Below, in pieces: positions 57,101-64,000 of a stretch of DNA of 64,000 nt. Below the pieces are notes generated by a model. It did not search any database. It was not told the DNA's origin and saw only the letters and a program-made list of their open reading frames with translations. The DNA lies in the NCBI GenBank assembly GCA_950097015.1, contig CATNEN010000008.1, positions 3,410,001 through 3,474,000 on the forward strand, read 5' to 3'. The DNA comes from Macrostomum hystrix (Eukaryota; Animalia; Platyhelminthes). Numbering within the stretch: position 1 is the first letter of the stretch; every line of letters starts with the position of its first letter. A program made the position numbers and the translations under genes.

Positions 57101-60100
57101 TCTCCTCTCCTGTCCTCTCCTCTCCTGTCCTCCCCTCTCCTGTCCTGTCCTCTCCTGTCCTCTCCTGTCCTGTCCTGTCCTGTCCTCTCCTGTCCTGTCC
57201 TCTCCTGTCCTCTCCTGTCCTGTCCTGTCCTGTCCTCTCCTGTCCTCTCCTCTCCTGTCCTCTCCTGTCCTCTCCTGTCCTGTCCTCTCCTCTCCTCTCC
57301 TCTCCTGTCTTGTCAAATCCTCTCCTGTCCTCCCCTCTCCTGTCCTGTCCTCTCCTGTCCTTTCCTGTTCTGTCCTGTCCTGTCCTCTCCTGTCCTGTCC
57401 TCTCCTGTCCTCTCCTCTCCTGTCCTCTCCTGTCCTGTCCTCTCCTGTCTTGTCCTCTCCTCTCTTGTCCTCCCCTCTCCTGTCCTGTCCTGTCCTATCC
57501 TGTCCTCTCCTGTCCTGTCCTGTCCTGTCCTCTCCTGTCCTCTCCTGTCCTCTCCTCTCCTGTCCTCTCCTCTCCTGTCCTCCCCTCTCCTGTCCTGTCC
57601 TCTCCTGTCCTCTCCTGTCCTGTCCTGTCCTCTCCTCTCCTGTCCTGTCCTCTCCTCTCCTCTCCTCTCCTGTCTTGTCCTCTCCTCTCCTGTCCTCCCC
57701 TCTCCTGTCCTGTCCTGTCCTATCCTGTCCTCTCCTGTCCAGTCCTGTCCTGTCCTCTCCTGTCCTCTCCTGTCCTCTCCTCTCCTGTCCTCTCCTCTCC
57801 TGTCCTCCCCTCTCCTGTCCTGTCCTCTCCTGTCCTCTCCTGTCCTGTCCTGTCCTCTCCTCTCCTGTCCTGTCCTCTCCTCTCCTCTCCTCTCCTCTCC
57901 TGTCTTGTCCTCTCCTCTCCTGTCCTCCCCTCTCCTGTCCTGTCCTCTCCTCTCCTGTCCTGTCCTCTCCTGTCCTGTCCTGTCCTGTCCTCTCCTGTCC
58001 TGTCCTCTCCTGTCCTGTCCTCTCCTGTCCTCTCCTGTCCTCTCCTCTCCTGTCCTCCCCTCTCCTGTCCTCCCCTCTCCTGTCCTGTCCTCTCCTGTCC
58101 TCTCCTCTCCTCTCCTCGCCTCTCCTCTCCTCTCCTCTCCTTTCCTCTCCTCTCCTCTCCTCTCCTGTCCTCTCCTGTCCTCTCCTCTCCTGTCCTCCCC
58201 TCTCCTGTCCTGTCCTCTCCTGTCCTCTCCTGTCCCCTCCTCTCCTGTCCTGTCCTCTCCTCTCCTGTCCTCTCCTCTCCTGTCCTCTCCTGTCTTGTCC
58301 TCTCCTCTCCTGTCCTCCCCTCTCCTGTCCTGTCCTCTCCTGTCCTCTCCTGTCCTCTCCTCTCCTGTCCTCCCCTCTCCTGTCCTGTCCTCTCCTGTCC
58401 TCTCCTCTCCTCTCCTCGCCTCTCCTCTCCTGTCCTCTCCTGTCCTGTCCTCTCCTCTCCTGTCCTCTCCTCTCCTGTCCTGTCCTCTCCTGTCCTCTCC
58501 TGTCCTGTCCTCTCCTCTCCTGTCCTCCCCTCTCCTGTCCTGTCCTCTCCTGTCCTCTCCTCTCCTCTCCTCGCCTCTCCTCTCCTGTCCTCTCCTCTCC
58601 TGTCCTCTCCTCTCCTGTCCTCTCCTCTCCTGTCCTGTCCTCTCCTGTCCTCTCCTGTCCTGTCCTGTCCTCTCCTGTCCTCTCCTCTCCTGTCCTCTCC
58701 TGTCCTCTCCTCTCCTGTCCTCTCCTCTCCTGTCCTCTCCTGTCTTGTCCTCTCCTCTCCTGTCCTCCCCTCTCCTGTCCTGTCCTCTCCTGTCCTCTCC
58801 TGTCCTCTCCTCTCCTGTCCTCCCCTCTCCTGTCCTGTCCTCTCCTGTCCTCTCCTGTCCCCTCCTCTCCTGTCCTGTCCTCTCCTCTCCTGTCCTCTCC
58901 TCTCCTGTCCTCTCCTGTCTTGTCCTCTCCTCTCCTGTCCTCCCCTCTCCTGTCCTGTCCTCTCCTGTCCTCTCCTGTCCTCTCCTCTCCTGTCCTCCCC
59001 TCTCCTGTCCTGTCCTCTCCTGTCCTCTCCTCTCCTCTCCTCGCCTCTCCTATCCTCTCCTCTCCTCTCCTCTCCTCTCCTCTCCTTTCCTCTCCTCTCC
59101 TCTCCTCTCCTGTCCTCTCCTGTCCTGTCCTCTCCTCTCCTGTCCTCTCCTCTCCTGTCCTCTCCTGTCCTCTCCTCTCCTGTCCTCTCCTCTCCTGTCC
59201 TCTCCTCTCCTGTCCTGTCCTCTCCTGTCCTCTCCTCTCCTGTCCTCCCCTCTCCTGTCCTCCCCTCTCCTGTCCTGTCCTCTCCTGTCCTCTCCTCTCC
59301 TCTCCTCGCCTCTCCTCTCCTCTCCTCTCCTCTCCTCTCCTCTCCTTTCCTCTCCTCTCCTCTCCTCTCCTGTCCTCTCCTGTCCTGTCCTCTCCTCTCC
59401 TGTCCTCTCCTCTCCTGTCCTCTCCTGTCCTCTCCTCTCCTGTCCTCTCCTCTCCTGTCCTCTCCTCTCCTGTCCTGTCCTCTCCTGTCCTCTCCTGTCC
59501 TGTCCTGTCCTCTCCTGTCCTCTCCTCTCCTGTCCTCTCCTGTCCTCTCCTCTCCTGTCCTCTCCTCTCCTGTCCTCTCCTGTCTTGTCCTCTCCTCTCC
59601 TGTCCTCCCCTCTCCTGTCCTGTCCTCTCCTGTCCTCTCCTGTCCTCTCCTCTCCTGTCCTCCCCTCTCCTGTCCTGTCCTCTCCTGTCCTCTCCTGTCC
59701 CCTCCTCTCCTGTCCTGTCCTCTCCTCTCCTGTCCTCTCCTGTCTTGTCCTCTCCTCTCCTGTCCTCCCCTCTCCTGTCCTGTCCTCTCCTGTCCTCTCC
59801 TCTCCTGTCCTCTCCTGTCCCCTCCTCTCCTGTCCTGTCCTCTCCTCTCCTTAAAATCTCATTCATTGTCCAGTCTCCCTCACCTGCCTTTCCTTTCGCC
59901 TCTTACCCTTCATCCTCTGTTGATGCCGAGCCACCCCTGTAGGTCTGTGAATCTGGCATGAGTGACCGGATAATTAGCTTGCAGCTGCATTTTAGAATAG
60001 GCGAATGGTTCGCGTGTTCAGTTTGTTATTTCAAGTCAAGCATCCATTCGAGACGCGTGGCGGCATATTCACTTGCGCCACAGATGTTATCTTTCACTGC

Positions 60101-63100
60101 GGGTCCTGCCATTCTCTCACAAATGCTAAGTTTAGTTTGATAAAATAATTGTTTTCACTGAAAACCTATATCAGCCAATTAACTCTGTTCATACAGCTAA
60201 CCAAATTATCATTGTCTTTCTCGTTCGTTCGTGTATATTGCTGGACTTGTTTTAAAATGCTGACCGACAAGGGACCCAGCATTGACCCACTGCACTTTGG
60301 GGCATTTGATTCTATGCTTTTTTAACCTCTACTTATTTCTCTCTTCTGTTCATATCCTCTCTCTTCTCTCATCTAATTGTCTTTCCTCTCCTCGCCTGTC
60401 CTCTCCTCTCCTCTCCTCTCCTCTCCTGCCCTCTCCTCTCCTCACCTCTCCTCTCCTGCCCTCTCCTCTCCTCTCCTCTCCTCTCCTGTCCTCTCCTCTC
60501 CTCTCCTCACCTCTCCTCTCCTGTCCTCTCCTCTCCTCTCCTCTCCTGCCCTCTCCTCTCCTCTCCTCTCCTCTCCTGTCCTCTCCTGTCCTCTCCTCTC
60601 CTCACCTCTCCTCTCCTCTCCTCACCTCTCCTCTCCTGCCCTCTCCTCTCCTGTCCTCTCCTCTCCTGCCCTCTCCTCTCCTCTCCTCTCCTCTCCTGTC
60701 CTCTCCTCTCCTCTCCTCTCCTCACCTCTCCTCTCCTGTCCTCTCCTCTCCTCTCCTCTCCTGCCCTCTCCTCTCCTCACCTCTCCTCTCCTGCCCTCTC
60801 CTCTCCTGTCCTCTCCTCTCCTGCCCTCTCCTCTCCTCTCCTCTCCTCTCCTGCCCTCTCCTCTCCTCTCCTCTCCTGCCCTCTCCTCTCCTCTAATTTG
60901 ATAGATATGCTTTAAGCACAAGCCCACCACTGACCCCTGACCCATGTTCACATCAGATACAATACTTCAATAACGAAGCCATCTGCGAGCTCATCGACCG
61001 GCCGACCACTGGCCTGTTCGCGCTGCTAGACGAGACCTGCCTGCGGCCTGGACAGCTCACCGATCGCGAGTTCCTGGCCAGGTGCGAGCGGGAGTTCCAG
61101 CAGAAGCCCAGTCCGCACTTTGACAGTCGCAGGCTGACACCCGCTGACAAGGCCATGCAACACGAGAGGGACTTTCGCATCACCCACTATGCCGGAGCTG
61201 TGGTCTACTCCGTCGACAACTTCCTGGACAAGAACAAGGACACTCTGTACCAGGACTTCAAGCGCCTGCTGTACCGAAGGTGACTGTTGGACAGAATCAG
61301 TAACCTGTTAGACAGAATAAGTAACCTGTTACATAGAATCAGTAACCTGTTACACGGAATCAGTAACCTGTTACACAGAATCAGTAACCTGTTACACAGA
61401 ATCAGTAACCTGTTACACAGAATCAGTAACCTGTTACACAGAATCAGTAACCTGTTAGACAGAATCAGTAACCTGTTACACGGAATCAGTAACCTGTTAC
61501 ACAGAATCAGTCATCTGTTACACAGAATCAGTAACCTGTTAGACAGAATCAGTAACCTGTTACACAGAATCAGTAACCTGTTACACAGAATCAGTAACCT
61601 GTTACACAGAATCAGTAACCTGTTAGACAGAATCAGTAACCTGTTACACGGAATCAGTAACCTGTTACACAGAATCAGTCATCTGTTACACAGAATCAGT
61701 AACCTGTTAGACAGAATCAGTAACCTGTTAGACAGAATCAGTAACCTGTTACACAGAATCAGTAACCTGTTAGACAGAATCAGTAACCTGTTAGACAGAA
61801 TCAGTAACCTGTTACACAGGATCAGTAACCTGTTAGACAGAATCAGTAACCTGTTAGACAGAATCAGTAACCTGTTACACAGAATCAGTAACCTGTTACA
61901 CGGAATCAGTAACCTGTTAGACAGAATCAGTAACCTGTTACACGGAATCAGTAACCTGTTACACAGAATCAGTAACCTGTTAGACAGAATCAGTAACCTG
62001 TTACACAGAATCAGTAACCTGTTACACAGAATCAGTAACCTGTTACACAGAATCAGTAACCTGTTACACAGAATCAGTAACCTGTTACACAGAATCAGTA
62101 ACCTGTTACATAGAATCAGTAACATTTTAGGCAGTCGGCCAAATTCTATCAGAATGTTAAAAAGCAAAAATGATTCGCATCAGAATCAATTGCTTCTCAA
62201 AGTTCTTGTGTTGCAATTTGGCTTCAGGAAGCATTTCCATAAATGGAAACAAAAACCAAAAAACTCTTTTGCGCAGCTTCGCTTTAAGCGAAATTGCCTT
62301 GGAATAAAACAAAGAGTTTTAATTCTTTGGAGGCTCATTGCCAGCATGAAATGATTCACTAACAGCAAAGCCGCTGGTTCAACTTCGTCTCTCGCTACAA
62401 ATAGATTTTCCATCGAAACATTTCTTACGAACCAGAAACCTAAAAAAGCATGTCTGTGAACCAGTAAATGAACGAAGCTGTTACCTTTGAACACTGAAAT
62501 AAACCAACTTTATATCCGTAAACCCAAAAAAACTTAACCGTATTCTGTAAACCCCTAAATAAAATAATATAGATTAAAAAAATATACCAACACCATGTCC
62601 ATAAACCCAAAATAAACCAACCCCATGTCCATAAACCCAAAATAAACCAACCCCATGTCCATAAACCCAAAATAAACCAACCCCATGTCCATAAACCCAA
62701 AATAAACTGATTGTATGCCCAAAAACCCCTAAAATGAACCATTATTATGTCCATAAGCCCCCTAAGTAAACCATCCCATATCTATAAGCTCCAAAACAAG
62801 CCAGGCTTATGTCCATAAACCCCAAGCAAGCCAGGCTCATGTCCATAAACCCCAAGCAAGCCAGGCTCATGTCCATAAACCCCAAGCAAGCCAGGCTCAT
62901 GTCCTTAAACCCCAAGCAAGCCAGGCTCATGTCCATAAACCCCAAGCAAGCCAGGCTTATGTCCATAAACCCCAAGCAAGCCAGGCTTATGTCCATAAAC
63001 CCCAAGCAAGCCAGGCTCATGTCCTTAAACCCCAAGCAAGCCCCGGCTTATGTCCATAAACCCCAAGCAAGCCAGGCTTATGTCCATAAACCGCCAAGTC

Positions 63101-63647
63101 AGCCCCGGCTCTCCACCCAATCCGCAGCACTGACCGGCAGCTGTCCTCGCAGTGGCCGGAGGGTGCAGAATCAGCCAATCGGGTTCAGAAGCGGCCCCCC
63201 TCAGCAGGTCTGCTGTTCAAGCAGAGCATCCAGGCTCTGGTGCAGCGGCTGGCAGGAATGCGGCCTCACTATGTCCGCTGCCTGAAGCCGAACAGTTCCA
63301 AGCAGTCCGGCATATTCGATAGTCGCCTAGTGGAACACCAGGCCCGCTACCTCAACCTGCTGGAGAGTGCCCGGGTGCGCAGGGCGGGGTTCGCGATGCG
63401 CCTGCCCTACCAGTACTTCCTGCAGAGATACAAGCTGTGCGACTCGCCCGCCGTGTGGCCGAACCCGCCGCCCGGCATGCCGCTCAGAGATGCCGCCCGA
63501 AGCATCCTGGCCAGGCTGCAGTTGGACAGTGCAGATCGGGTTCGATACGGCCTCACCAAACTGTTTGTGCGCCATGCTAGGACCGTGTTCGCTCTGGAGC
63601 AGGCCCGGGTTCGAGCCCTGCCTGCTGTGGTCACCGTCATTCAGAAG
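48185..63647 (+). CDS. MYO1D: Unconventional class I myosin (Myo1D/G-like) motor domain, incomplete at the 3' end. Exons 48185-48282, 49063-49428, 50010-50334, 50936-51046, 51146-51549, 51998-52112, 60957-61279, 63128-63647
   Basis: Motifs: [22 protein letters not shown]-loop GESGSGKT, switch [37 protein letters not shown], switch [67 protein letters not shown]. All junction phases are consistent. Confidence 0.93.
49440..49690 (+). mobile_element. SINE family 1, copy 4 (internal deletions), in myosin intron 2 next to the donor
   Basis: Homologous to the other family 1 copies. Confidence 0.78.
50392..50605. repeat. 23-bp (11+12) repeat GTACATTCTAAAGTACATTCTAT in myosin intron 3
   Basis: Tandem periodicity read directly. 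Confidence 0.93.
51557..51922. repeat. GGTCA/GATTG-based 5-15-bp composite repeat in myosin intron 5
   Basis: Tandem periodicity read directly; starts just after the donor. Confidence 0.9.
52146..52696. repeat. 21-bp minisatellite (CTAACCA(G/T)CTGTCCCCAATGT), ~26 copies, in myosin intron 6
   Basis: Tandem periodicity read directly. Confidence 0.96.
53081..54247. repeat. 10-bp-based repeat (CCTCTGCCAT/CCTCTGCCTT) in myosin intron 6
   Basis: Tandem periodicity read directly. Confidence 0.95.
55035..59850. repeat. 4.8-kb pentamer satellite (TCTCC/TGTCC)n in myosin intron 6
   Basis: Almost purely pyrimidine on the + strand; source of the 1000+ aa pseudo-ORFs. Confidence 0.98.
60385..60894. repeat. 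Second pentamer satellite (TCTCC with TGTCC/TGCCC/TCACC variants) just before the myosin exon 7 acceptor
   Basis: Tandem periodicity read directly. Confidence 0.95.
61290..62123. repeat. 21-bp minisatellite (GAATCAGTAACCTGTTA(C/G)ACA), ~39 copies, in myosin intron 7
   Basis: Tandem periodicity; starts ~10 bp after the donor at 61280. Confidence 0.96.
62594..63091. repeat. Two related ~29-30-bp arrays sharing TGTCCATAAACCC (62594-62705; 62795-63091)
   Basis: Tandem periodicity read directly. Confidence 0.88.
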
Positions 63648-63661
63648 GTATTAGAAACTGG

Positions 63662-64000
63662 CGAGATGAAAGGAGCGGGGAGATGGAGATGAAGGGAGGG
63701 TGAGATGAAGGGACTGGCGAGAAGAAGGGACGGGGAGATAAATGGACGGGGAGATAAAGGGACGGGGAGATAAAGGGACCCGGAGATGAAGGGACGGGGA
63801 TATGAAGGGACGGGGAGATAAAGGGACCGGGAGATGAAGGGACGGGGAGATGAAGGGAGGGTGAGATGAAGAGCCGGGGAGATGAAGGGACGGGGAGATG
63901 AAGGGACGGGGAGATGAAGGGTCGGGGAGAAGAAGGGACGGGGAGATGAAGGGACGGGGAGATGAAGAGACGGGGAGATGAAGTGAGGGTGAGATGAAGG
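63662..64000. repeat. 16-bp G-rich minisatellite (GAAGGGACGGGGAGAT) in myosin intron 8, truncated by the window end
   Basis: Tandem periodicity read directly. Confidence 0.9.

Noticed and set aside
51656-62354. Very long ORFs (up to 1670 aa; [29 protein letters not shown] repeats)
   Set aside because: These are translations of stop-free satellites inside myosin introns, open in several frames and on both strands.

Overview
This is eukaryotic, intron-rich animal genomic DNA, with GC-rich exons and AT-rich introns and intergenic DNA filled with about 20 different minisatellite arrays. The style suggests a flatworm such as Macrostomum, but that is inference only. Seven genes could be assembled with GT-AG junctions and consistent reading phases: (1) a protein 4.1/coracle-type FERM-FA gene (+, 1346-5891); (2) a divergent K50 paired-class homeobox gene (-, 11289-10040); (3) MTA, the NuRD subunit (+, 14680-20701); (4, 6) two head-to-head paralogues encoding RGG + cold-shock/OB fold + ZNFX1-type SF1 RNA helicase + NF-X1 zinc fingers + a C-terminal PARP-like ADP-ribosyltransferase domain with an H-Y-E triad (-, 31047-23354; +, 39166-45742); (5) an intronless rhodopsin-class GPCR between them (+, 35286-36389); (7) a class I myosin (Myo1D/G-like, +, from 48185, running off the window end). 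The most striking system is the ZNFX1-like helicase-PARP pair. The copies are nearly identical across the helicase and ART domains but sharply different in their N-terminal RNA-binding modules and in a ~110-aa zinc-finger patch, and they form a large inverted repeat. Mobile DNA includes three tRNA-derived SINE families, an RTE fragment nested in a SINE, a decayed LINE fragment inserted in a minisatellite, and a TIR-bounded element carrying a hairpin satellite. All gene models are read by eye, with no expression data or database searches.
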